From the NCBI GenBank assembly GCA_010093745.1, contig MU005981.1, forward strand, positions 62,001-126,000: 64,000 bases of DNA, given 5' to 3'. The notes under the pieces were generated by a model. That model ran no database searches. It had not been told where the DNA came from and saw only the letters and a program-made list of their open reading frames with translations. This document shows, piece by piece, positions 1-10,397 of the stretch (position 1 is the first letter of the stretch; each line of letters starts with the position of its first letter). The DNA comes from Piedraia hortae CBS 480.64 (lineage: Eukaryota). A program made the translations under genes and the position numbers.

Positions 1-700
1 CACGTTTCAAATATCTTGCGTCAATTTGTTTGACTGCAGCTGTCTTGCTTGCTATTGCTCGGAGCTACCTAGACGTAGTGAAACAGAGGCTAGCTCTGGT
101 CCACTTTGAGAAGCCAAGGGGGCAAAAGATTTACCTGTTTGATGGACGGCCAGAGGCGTAAGTTTTTCGGAGGCAATCACCTGGGAGGTCATTGACTGCG
201 GCGTCGTTTGTGGTGTTTGGTTGAGCCTTTTGTTGTCTTATAGGGGCGTTAGAGTTAGGAAGTTTTCCACCCAGTATTCAGTCTCTTTTCCAGCACTACT
301 GATATGTCGTTCTCATGGCTTCATTCACTACATTTCGTGCGAGAAAGGCGGAAGATCATCATTGTCCTCGTGCCATCAATGGGGGAGATAAAGCAGTCCC
401 GTCCGGTTTCAATAGACCGTTTTCATGAATCGCTTTGAGTTGTTGAATTTGTTTGCGCATGATGTCGATCCCAAGCTGGGATCTAAAACGGCCATATTTG
501 GTTACGAAGGCCTATCTATGAGCTGAAACAGGTCAGAAAAGATGCGACGCGAGTTGTGTGCTTAGCATTGTTATGGTTCGAATACATGCGTGCTTGACAT
601 GCTTGTTGCTTTGTGTGTGTAGGTTTTGGTTTCTGATGGACAAAAATCTGCTAGGATATAGAGGGGCTCCTTCCACTGGGGAGAACATCGGTTGAGATCA

Positions 701-702
<2 letters not shown>

Positions 703-786
<84 letters not shown>
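703..786. repeat. (TCA)28 microsatellite
   Basis: Perfect trinucleotide run of 84 bp read directly from the sequence. Confidence 0.98.
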
Positions 787-1560
787 CCATATTCGTCTCA
801 CGGCCTCGTCTTCCCGCATCATCTCTTGAGCTCTCAAAAGAGCCCGAAAGAGGGAGATGAGGGAGTTTTGGCTCAAGTGCAACTCGTTTCCCTGGATTGA
901 AACGCTGTGGTACATTCCATGCATATAAGCAACCTTTCTAGGACCCATGCCTCGTTCACGAACGATTCGTTGAAGCTCTGAGTTCGCCGCGAGGGATTCC
1001 TCTAACGCGAGTGTAAGAAAAGGTGTTATAAGCAAGGTTTGAGACAACCTCAAGCAAAATAAAGTCTCGAAGGCGAATCCAGGTGGGCCTGAGTGGCAAC
1101 TCTTGACATCGCAACAATGACCCGATCCAGCAAGTCTCTCTTCTTTCCTCCCACAATATTTTCCAATCCCAGGAAACCATAGCCGCAAGATAGCGTGCAT
1201 TAACTCAAGAGTATTTCAGCCGAGCTGTGCAGAGCGCCTGAAATACCGTCGAGGAGAAGTTCACACGCCACAGCCATCACAAGCTCCATCATGTCTCTTT
1301 TCCTACTTCCTCCCTCGAGTTTCTTTAACCTCAGCCCTCCGCACCGCCAAGCCACCATACCTTCTCTCAAGAAATGTTCGGCCAAGGCGGCCTGTAACAC
1401 CGCTATGGAGACACTCATCCGCCGTCTCAAGGATAACAACCTCCAAATCCCAGCATTGCAAGCCAGAACGTCGCCTCTCGCCTCCCACGCTATATTCGTA
1501 CGCCCTCTTTCCTCTCCACCGAAAAGTCGACACCCCGGCCAAGCGCTCTCTTAAACAAAA

Positions 1561-1864
1561 TATAAGAAACCACTTCAAGAGCCCTATCGCCGATCCCGAG
1601 AAGGCTATTAGCATGGTGAGCCCTGTGTCATATGAAATATATTGGTGGTAGGTAGAACGCCCGAGGCTTCGCAGAGTTTTCTGCCTCATTGAGAAGATCT
1701 CCCCTGTGACGAGGTCACGTCATCGCGTGGTCTCGGCAAATGCGGTCTGGCCAACTGTGGGTCTGTGGAGGACGTTGCGTTAGCTCTCAGCACCTAGAGG
1801 TACACATTTACCCACATCTTTTCACCTAGACTTCACGTCTTAGCTATCCTCCATGTCACCGACA
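1561..1864 (+). mobile_element. Solo LTR, family B (decayed)
   Basis: 304 bp flanked by direct repeat CAAAA (1556-1560 / 1865-1869). Ends in CCGACA and starts TA (TG->TA likely). Internal similarity to 2273-2578 (GGCAAATGCGGT core). Confidence 0.65.
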
Positions 1865-2272
1865 CAAAAGATCAAGTCCTATTGGCAGAACAGGAGGACT
1901 GGGAAGCTATCGTCATATCTATGATCCAGCTGAAGTTGTCGATTTTGAGTAGGTGAAGTCATTTCTGAGAGGCATTGAAGTAGCCCTTGCCGTTCAACGT
2001 CAGTAGATAGAGAACTATGAATATGAATTTCAAGATCACGACGCAGCTGGCCGCTACTGTTCATAATCCGTTTTTGGGTCAAGCAAAGGTGAATAGGAAT
2101 GGGATAATGACATCATAGAATATGAGTGCTTATAGCAGGCCGTGGCACAAGAGCTCCGCTGGTTGGGCCTTTAAAAGTCCCAATGATCCAATCACAGCGA
2201 TCAGGGTTAGGCAGCTTACGCCCCGAAAGAGGCGCCTCAAAACGACTAAAGCTCTAACTACAGAAAGTTTAG

Positions 2273-2578
2273 TGTCAAAAGGATGTAGCACCCACCATGA
2301 TTAGAACCATAGATAGAAGTCGAAACTTTTCAGGGCTTTTACCTCTATAGAGGAAGTTTTCCCTGAGACAGGTCATTGTCTCGTTCATGCTTAAGGGCAT
2401 GGTTCGCTGACGTTGTCCTGGCAAATGCGGTTAGACTGAGGTAGTGTGGGGGAGGTTTCGAACCTCACCTCATAGAAATAGACAACTACATTACAAACTT
2501 TTTCAGAAAAAGTTGAGTGAAAACTTTCGTCGTTGACATCCACTCCGCTCTAGTCCTCGGAGGTTCACCCCTCCGACA
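2273..2578 (+). mobile_element. Solo LTR, family B
   Basis: TGTC...GACA termini, 306 bp, perfect 5-bp TSD TTTAG (2268-2272 / 2579-2583). Related copies at 1.6, 3.1, 20.7 and 21.0 kb. Confidence 0.85.
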
Positions 2579-3038
2579 TTTAGCGTATAGGAAACCTACT
2601 TTCACGCGAACGATCGCTCGTTCGCTTGTGATAACGTACGTAATTACAGGGTCACTCCTCTCTACCGGATCTCCTCTTATAATCTGGCTACCGGCCCGTT
2701 CCTCCCCGGCCCGTTGCGGCCCATCCAGACACAACCTTACGTCACACCTGTAACAATCCCACATACTAAATTCTCCGATTGGACTAAACTTAAAATACAA
2801 AACATCCAAAGCATATTTTGGAACAATAAAAAGGAAAGGAGAGATCTTTGCAAATTGTAGCACGGCTCATGAACCATCGATCTTAATTGGGCTCAAACTT
2901 GATTTTGATGGAACATGTGGGTGGTGATATAGCGCAGCGTCATATGCCATATGGACATAGAGAGTGGACTGTGTCCGTAATTATGCTCATGCATTGAGTT
3001 GTATTGTCTTGTCATATTGTTATAACGAAGTGAGGGGT

Positions 3039-3180
3039 TGAGGTGAAGTGCCACTACTGCACCATATTCCGGCACGGTCCAGACCGCATTCGCCGTGATC
3101 ACCTCATGTGACGTGACCAGTCCCCGGGAAACATCCTCTGCGAGGTAAAAACCCCGGGGGCCTTGCGACGCCCTCCGACA
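3039..3180 (-). repeat. Partial family-B LTR-like copy
   Basis: TGAGGTGAAGTGC...CCGCATTC...GAGGTAAAA...CCTCCGACA is similar to 21018-21182. No TSD found. Confidence 0.6.
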
Positions 3181-4057
3181 TCTGTCAAGCCTCAATCCTG
3201 GAGTTCCGTAACCTCGTCGAAAGATGGTCGTCATGCGAAAGGAAGGCATTCGCCCAATCCGGCAAAATCCAGGTATACTGACTGCCGGGACACTCAGGCA
3301 TAGCAAGGAATGAGGTAGCCGACTCTCTGGCCAAAGTCGGAGCGGCGAGAAATCCCAGTCGAGGGCGAGGACCCAGACAACCTTCATTCTCTCACATTAG
3401 GTGCATTGCTCGGGCATCGCACGTGGGGCCTCTGCGACCATGGTGGGCAGGGAATGCACCTAAGTCGTACCAATACCTCGCAATTGGTATCTCATCTTGT
3501 TGCGTACAGGACCGATCACGGCGACTTCGCAGACTATCACAACCGCTTCGATCACCCCGACGCGCCCCGGCACTTCTCCTGCGGCGCCTTGAAGACGCCG
3601 ACACACTTTTTCTTCTGCGAGGAGGGCCGTAGGCATTCAGAGGCTCTGAGATGCTCGGACCCCTGTCTGGGCGTTTCGTGGGACCTTTCGACCGCAGACG
3701 GAGCTCAGGCCTGCCAGCTTTTCCTGAAGCACACCAACTTCTTCATCTCTGTACGCCCACAGCGCCAGCTGCCAACTCAAGATGAGACGGTCGGCCGTGA
3801 CGCATAGGAAGACACAAAATATTTAGCTCATGAAATGAAAGGTGGGGCCGATTAAGTAGGTTATACACTGACTGCGGGGGTTAATCCCGCCGTTTAGTGC
3901 CCCATAGGGACATATAGAGACGTAAAACGCATCAAAGCAAAACAACATAATGAAAGGTAAAAACCTGTGAAGCCGATCATCTATGCTCACGTGCTCATAG
4001 CAGCGAGGCTTCATGCCAACAGATTCCACGCCGGTGGAGAGACTAACATGCTCACGA

Positions 4058-4145
4058 AGTTAAAGGAAACGAGCTAATAGTATTTTATACGTGCTGTATA
4101 CATAAGGACGTTGTACATGGTCATCACATGACACATCCTTCAACT
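4058..4145. mobile_element. 88-bp mini-element (family D) with AGTT...AACT termini and 5-bp TSD
   Basis: Starts AGTTAAAGG and ends CCTTCAACT (9-bp imperfect inverted termini). TSD CACGA at 4053-4057 and 4146-4150. Second copy at 15337-15455. Confidence 0.85.
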
Positions 4146-4212
4146 CACGAACAACCTAGAAACCCCTTTTTTCGAAAATGTTAGCTACTTTCAACTTCTT
4201 TCGAAGGACACA

Positions 4213-4901
4213 TTACCAGAAGTTGTCCATGTCTGCACTGTAGGTATTTGGCTCTCGTGGGTGAGAGTGCACAGCGACCCGAAGAGGGCGGAGCGATAGA
4301 CGGAAACAGGGACAGGAAAGATGTAGATGTGTGTAAGTCAAAATACCAGTTGCAGCATGGTAGTGTGAATGACTATTTTCAATAAGGGGACGTTCAGAAT
4401 GAAAATTCTGTTCCGGTGGGCCGGTGACGTCACGTCGTACACTAGCGGGGCGTATTCACCATGTCACATATGACATGACCCTGAGGGAAAACCTCTGTGA
4501 GGCAAAAACCTAGGGTGCAGCTGGTAGTGTAGGAGGTATCGCTGACTTGCTATGCAAGTGCCCTGCATACGCGCTAGCGGCGATGCTTGAATCCAACATG
4601 CACCTGTCGTCATCAAGGCTTGCAATCCCTCGTCAAGTTCTTGAATCCCCCACATGTTAGAACGAATCATCAGTTGGAGGCAAGCCTTTAGAGCGTTATG
4701 CAAGATGTTAATCTTGCGTTCACGATGTTCCAATTCGTCCCTCATTTTCTGACGGCGGCGGGCTTGGCATAGGGCGTTTCTCGTCTTACGTTCCTCTTGC
4801 GACATGGCGGTGCGTCCACCGCGAGTAGGGGCGTTGAGGTTGTCACAAATGGAACTGGGAATGGGCATAGCATTGCCAAAGTTGACAGAGTTGACAGACA
4901 T
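4213..4901 (-). pseudogene. Small bZIP-like gene interrupted by a family-A solo LTR
   Basis: ORF has a basic region EERKTRNALCQARRRQKM followed by a heptad-like ELEHRERKINILHNALKACL. The frame runs into the LTR at 4598. Removing the LTR plus one TSD gives ...MTTGADMDNFW*. Confidence 0.5.
4239..4598 (-). mobile_element. Solo LTR, family A
   Basis: 360 bp, TGTAG...CAACA termini, perfect TSD TGCAC (4234-4238 / 4599-4603). Reverse complement of the copies at 15107 and 24611. Confidence 0.92.
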
Positions 4902-5134
4902 GGTAGTAAGGTAAACAAAGCTCAGATGGTTGTGAGTCTTTTCTGGATCGCTATTGAGTTAAGGAGTATGGAGGAAGTGTGAAAGGCAGGCTAAGTTATA
5001 TAGGTGTTCTGATGCACAGCCAGGTTCATTCCGTTCATGCGCGGGTGAATCACTAGTGGCTATGTTAAGAAGTTCCAGCGCGTGCAAGGTATCCGTTTAC
5101 TCGCATCAATTCACCGGGTAAGACCCGTCTCCAC

Positions 5135-5275
5135 TTTTGTGCAGTTCGCCACGGGGTGCTCCGCAGGTGATGACCCACATCCCTGACCAGGTTTCGAGTA
5201 CTCAGAAATTTTCTTGTAGCTCTAGATACGCGTGTATACTGACACACCTGTGAGGTGCCGCTGCTTATTAGAACA
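5135..5275. mobile_element. 141-bp solo LTR-like element, family C
   Basis: Near-identical to 49131-49271. Ends AGAACA and is flanked by TSD TCCAC (5130-5134 / 5276-5280). Confidence 0.85.
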
Positions 5276-5580
5276 TCCACCAATCAGAAGTTCTGGGGCT
5301 TGCGTATATTTGCGGCTGCAGCTGCAAACCAGAGGTCTCTCCATGAGTCAATATCAAAGGTCACTCCAACGTGAAACGAGAGGTTGGCAGCACCATATCG
5401 TCGCATTCCTGATATGGACATTGGTTTCACTCTCTCGGCCAATTTCAATAAGGAACGATGAAAGTAACCAAACCATTCAATTGATACAGTTGGGGCGCGA
5501 AACTACAAAACTATCACTATTTCTTTCTGGGCCCCATCACACAGGGGCAGAACATCACAGATCCTGAGTATTCCGGGCTG

Positions 5581-5657
5581 CACAAGACCTGCCGCCGCAC
5601 AGTAGGTCGCCACAAGAACAGCAGCTGCCCAGTGGGTCGCCACAAGACCTGCCGCCC
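5581..5657. repeat. Short imperfect tandem repeat (~30-bp period)
   Basis: CACAAGAC/A...GCC...GGTCGC units recur about 2.5 times. Confidence 0.6.
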
Positions 5658-5825
5658 AATGGATCACATAGAAAACAATCCTAAATCACTCATTAAGGCC
5701 CCTGGAGATGTCGGGTTGCGCGGGGTACAGCCTCGCGCCGTCTAACGCCCATTGGGATCCGGGCATATGCTTATCAGGAGCTATGACCCATCCCCAGACA
5801 TAAAATGAAAACCAAACAACAAACA

Positions 5826-6119
5826 GCTCCTACACTACCAACTTCACCCCAGGTTTTTCCCTCACAGAGCTTTTCCCCCCGCTCATGTTACATGTGACTT
5901 AGTGAATGCGCCCTGCTAGTGTACGACGTGACGTCACCGGCCCACCGGTACAGAATATTTATTCTGACGTCCCCTCATTGAGATAGTCATTCACACTGTC
6001 ATATCGACGCTGGTATTGACTCATATCCATCTGCATCTGTCCTGTCCCTGTTTCTATCTATCGCTTCGTCCTCTTCGGGCCGCTACGTACTCCCATCAAC
6101 TAGACTCCTATCGCCACAC
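5826..6119 (+). mobile_element. 5'-truncated family-A LTR copy
   Basis: Contains the family-A core GCTAGTGTACGACGTGACGTCACCGGCCCACCGGTACAGAAT. Inverted relative to 4239-4598. Confidence 0.85.
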
Positions 6120-6710
6120 AATATGTAGATTCATTACTGTATGTCACCTTGCATCATCGTCGTGAATGCAGCCATGCCCGCAGTGTGTGGGGTAGATGCC
6201 TTTGACGTATGGCACATCTCTTATTTGGCTAGAACATGCATAGTCGCAGACACCAATTTCGTCCCGTCTTTGTCGTCGGCTCGTATCTCGTAAGTCTTGA
6301 ATATCCGTCGAGATCGTGCTAAAATACTGTACCCTTCATGAAATCATGAGGTCATCATCATGTCTGCGCGCGAGTTGTGGGCTAAAGTTAAGCATGAAAT
6401 AGTTTGCAAATACGTTACCTACTTGTACGTACTCGATATCAATTCAGGTATTTGGCATCTTGTCCGTTTCTGAAGGAAGGTCGTTTACAGGTGCACCCGA
6501 CGGTGTTACGATTGCAACGATGCCATGCTATCAATTCACCTTGCGAGCTTTGGTAATTTCTTGCCAGCAAATGGTTATGATGCGGCGCTCTAGGAGGTCC
6601 CGATAGCTTAGCATAATTCGATAATTGACATAACGCTAAACCCCGTTCGCCTAACCAAGACCCTCAAAACAACCCACTACAAGCTTATCCAGAATCTCTT
6701 TATCCCTTCA

Positions 6711-7921
6711 ATGTTCCCATTCACCAACCTAACCCGAAACGAACGAATGTCCCTTTTACATGACCCTTTCAACAACACCACAAAGCCCTTTGCGAAGCAA
6801 CAATGTACTACGATGGCATATCCCCAAGCTTCCCTCCCACCTCCTCGAGCACGAAAAACCCCACCACCCATCCTTCAATTTAAACCCCGTGCCAAAAGAA
6901 AATGCCATCCAAGTCGGAACTCATCCTCAAACTCAAATTTTCCTCAAAGGCGACACCCTTTGAACTCCTCCTTCCCCCTTGCACCAACAATTCAATCCCT
7001 CCCCGTCGTCGAAGGCCACAAAGAGTGGGGAATACACCACCGGCTGGTCCCCACCCCCGCCGCAAAACCCCTCTGGGGGACCAAAAATCTCCTCCGAGCC
7101 CCCTGCACCTGCTCCACCCGCAACAAAATCACCTGCAAAGCAAAATGCGAGACCCGAATGATGCAGTACCAATGCAGAAGAAACCAATGCAGGTTCGGAG
7201 CAACAAATTGTGCGAGCAGGCCCTTTGATGATCTCGCGAAACGGCGGAAGGATAAGGATTTAGGGATTGAGTTGATTCAGACGGAGAATCGGGGGTATGG
7301 GGTTCGAGCAGCGAGGAGATTGAGGTGGAGGAGATTGTGATAGAGTATATGGGGGAGTTGGTCACCGAGGTGGAGAATAGGGGGAGATATAAAGGTAAGA
7401 AATTTATGTATTCGATAGGTTTCGAGGGTGGGGTGGTGATTGATGCGACGGAACGGAGCGGTGAGGCGAGATTTGTGAACCGTTCGCGTGAGCCGAATTG
7501 TGAGGCCGTGAAGGTTGTAGTGGATGAGAGTCCGCATATTGGGATTTTTGCGGGGGAGAGAGGAGTTAAGTCTGGGGAGGAGGTTACGATTGATTATCGG
7601 TTGGATTGTAATTCGGAGAAGTGTTACCGTGGAATCCCGAGTTGTAGGAGGGGGTTGGGGAGGAAGAGAAGCGCATCTGTGCCAGAGGAGAAGAAGGTGC
7701 CAAAAACCAGAGGGAGGAAGAGGAAGGCGAAGGAGGATGTTGTTACGACTAAGACACCTCCGGAGGAGAAGGAGGCTGGAAAACGTCTTTTAAACGCGAT
7801 TGATGGTGGAGTTGGGCTGGATGGTGTAGGGGTAAAGGTGAAGAAGGCTGACCAAATGTCGGAAAGGGATAAGCGCTGGGCGAAGCGTGCGAGGCAGATG
7901 AAAGATGCAGGGACGAGATAG
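6711..7921 (+). pseudogene. Frameshifted AWS-SET-postSET histone lysine methyltransferase (Ash1/Set2-like)
   Basis: Frame 1 has an AWS cysteine cluster (CTC...C...C..R....C....C.FG..NC) and GYGVRA. After a 1-nt frameshift near 7320, frame 2 has EIVIEYMGE, IDAT..GEARFVNRSREPNC, GEEVTIDY and CYRG..SCR. Catalytic NHSC and post-SET CxC are altered. Confidence 0.75.
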
Positions 7922-8071
7922 TAATTATAGTCAAAGAGGATAATAAACCAAGTTCTAGTGTTTCTGTCCATGAATTTTGACGTCGGTGGTGTGTCCATGC
8001 CAAGATCTTGGCGTCATCGCTTTTAGAGTTCAAACCTTAATCATTATTACTTCCCTCATTGGGCAAGCTTC

Positions 8072-10189
8072 TCACCCATCCATTGTTTCATCTTCATCAT
8101 TGTCAATATTGACGATTCCCCTCACCGCATGTTTCCCACTCGCCTTGGGCGTCGCTACCGCAGAAGCGACATGTTCACCTTCCTCTGGCGAAAGGGTCAG
8201 ATCTAAAATTTTGTGCGCCAACTCCGAAACCTCGTCATGGATCTCAGACTCGAAAAATCCATCGTCCTCTGTGAAAGCCACTCGCGTCATAGACAACAAG
8301 AATTTATGATAACCTCCGTGAATTGTGGATAGCTTGCGTGTGGTATCAAGTGCGAGCTGCTCCTCTTCCTCGGGTACCGATGTTTCCGCTGACGCAGCCT
8401 CGTGAAAGAGGAGGAAATATATGATTTTGACGGAAAGGTTGACTCCATCTGACAGAACAGTGTGTAAAGAGGCGGACTCAAAGTCAGAAAAGGTGTAGAT
8501 CTCATTGAGTGTTGTAGAGAGAAATTTGACGACCCTGCCGAGGAAGATTGGATCTCGTTTGAGTAGGGCGCGGCCGTAGCGGGTGAGGCACATTCTGTGG
8601 AAGAGTGCTAGGACTGAGTAGTGCAGTTTGGCTATTTGGAGGGGACTGGGCTCAGCTTGTGTGGGGATGAGGGTTGATTGGATGGGGACTTCGAAAAGGA
8701 GGCTTGTCAGGCGAATTATAAGTCCGGACTCCTGCTTGGCTTGAAGGGTTTCGTCGGCACTTATGGGGCCAAAAGTGGAGCTGGACTCATCTTCGATGAT
8801 TGAGTTGGAGAGCAGGGTAATTGCAGTGGTGATTTGTTCGATCGGTTGCGCTTTAGTGAGCATTAGAAGGATGAAGTGGATGTCTAATCTTCTCCAGAAC
8901 TCCTGTAGGGTGTTGTCGAGAACACAAGCCTCACAGAGGCTCAGGAGAAGAGTGAATATTGAGGTGGTGGGGATCCGGTCGTGCAATTCTGATATGTGGA
9001 GAAGGTCGAGACCGGTGGACGGATGAAGCGCCGCGCGACCAAGCGGTATGGCAACAAGGTTGATGCACCGCGTTAACACTGGGAGAGTGTCTTCGAGGAG
9101 GGAAGCTACTACACTGCTGGTCATGGAGGAGAAAGCTGTACGTAGCAGACTGGTTAGTGGACTAATGGGGCTGAAGTATCTTTCCTGGAGGCTCTGTGTC
9201 CAGAGAGTGAGGATTTTTCGGGAAACCTGGACTAGAGAAGGGGCTGCTGAGAGGAACATCAAGAGTATGGAGCCAAGAGATGGGCCTTTGAGATCAGAGG
9301 GCAAATGCTGGGTACACAATTCTTCTAGGCTGGTACTTTCCGAGAGAAGATTAGGAATAAAAGGGTCTGGCTCGGGCTCAGAGAAGTGAAGAGGAAGGGA
9401 AGGAGGAACATTAATGGCTGCTCCGGGACTATCTGTTCTTTGGCGTTTGGCAGATTGTTTAGGAGGAGATTCTCTGCGCCTCTCTCTTTTTGGGGGACTT
9501 TTGGCCACTTCAGCGTCATTAAAGCCGTCGCCCGTCCCCGTGCGCTTGGTTATTCGAGGCTGAACCTTTGTCGGCATTCGCTTTGGCTTGTGTGATTCCT
9601 GTTCGAGGTCATGTTGCAAGAAGCGGTTATTGATAGTCATCTTTTCCTGCTCTTTTTTGCTTGCCTCGAGCTGCGACTTGTGTTTTGCAAGTTCTTCTGC
9701 GTGCGCCTGTCGCATCGAGTCCATCTTGCGCTCAAAGTCTTTGTTGGCCTTTTCGTAATTGGCCCGAACTATGGCAATCTCGCCCTGACGAGCCAGAGCC
9801 GTAGCCCGCGCCTCCTGTTCAGAATTGCGCAATTTTATCTGCTCGGCCTCCAGCTCAGCGATGCGCTTCTCTAGATCCTGATTACCTGGCGCTTTGCCCT
9901 TGAGGTGCGCAGCCTTTGCCCATTCCCCTTCCAATTCAGCATCAGCTGACGCATACGCGGCTTCCGTGTTGGGAGTTAGGTGGGCACTTGGCCGCCCCTG
10001 CCGAAGAGCTACATTATGCGCAACAGGCGGTTGGTCCAGGACAATCACATCTTCGTCAGAGTCTTCGGCCAGCTTCTTGGGCGGTTGCCATTTCTTTTGG
10101 AGCTGCGTTGACGCAATTGCATTCAGCTCCAGCTCCTCCAACGTATTATCGTCGAAATCAAATCCAGAAAAGAAGTCTTCGTCGCCCAT
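8072..10189 (-). CDS. rad26: DNA-damage checkpoint protein Rad26/ATRIP/UvsD-like
   Basis: 705-aa ORF with acidic N-terminus (DEDFFS...LEELELNAIASTQ), coiled coil with GEIAIVR, basic linker and helical-repeat C-terminal half, as in fungal ATRIP homologues. Confidence 0.75.
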   Translation of the reverse strand: MGDEDFFSGFDFDDNTLEELELNAIASTQLQKKWQPPKKLAEDSDEDVIVLDQPPVAHNVALRQGRPSAHLTPNTEAAYASADAELEGEWAKAAHLKGKAPGNQDLEKRIAELEAEQIKLRNSEQEARATALARQGEIAIVRANYEKANKDFERKMDSMRQAHAEELAKHKSQLEASKKEQEKMTINNRFLQHDLEQESHKPKRMPTKVQPRITKRTGTGDGFNDAEVAKSPPKRERRRESPPKQSAKRQRTDSPGAAINVPPSLPLHFSEPEPDPFIPNLLSESTSLEELCTQHLPSDLKGPSLGSILLMFLSAAPSLVQVSRKILTLWTQSLQERYFSPISPLTSLLRTAFSSMTSSVVASLLEDTLPVLTRCINLVAIPLGRAALHPSTGLDLLHISELHDRIPTTSIFTLLLSLCEACVLDNTLQEFWRRLDIHFILLMLTKAQPIEQITTAITLLSNSIIEDESSSTFGPISADETLQAKQESGLIIRLTSLLFEVPIQSTLIPTQAEPSPLQIAKLHYSVLALFHRMCLTRYGRALLKRDPIFLGRVVKFLSTTLNEIYTFSDFESASLHTVLSDGVNLSVKIIYFLLFHEAASAETSVPEEEEQLALDTTRKLSTIHGGYHKFLLSMTRVAFTEDDGFFESEIHDEVSELAHKILDLTLSPEEGEHVASAVATPKASGKHAVRGIVNIDNDEDETMDG

Positions 10190-10397
10190 GGTCCAAGAAC
10201 GGTTGCCATGTTGTTTGAGGTTCCTGTGCTAGTGCCCGGGTCAGCCCGCTGCCCGTTAGTGGCTAGCGCGACGGTTATCATATACGCTAGTGCGCGGTGG
10301 CTGTTTTGACATTCCGGGCCGAGCCGCCCGACTACGCCATTGTTCCAGCCGTTACGTCAATCGCCAACTTCTTCGCACTCGACAACGAAATCGCAAA

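Noticed and set aside
5581..5657. CRISPR-like repeat-spacer array
   Set aside because: Eukaryotic context, only ~2.5 imperfect units and no unique spacers.
4239..6119. Single TIR transposon bounded by the inverted family-A repeats
   Set aside because: The left repeat has its own TSD (TGCAC) and the right one is truncated and more diverged, so these are independent insertions.
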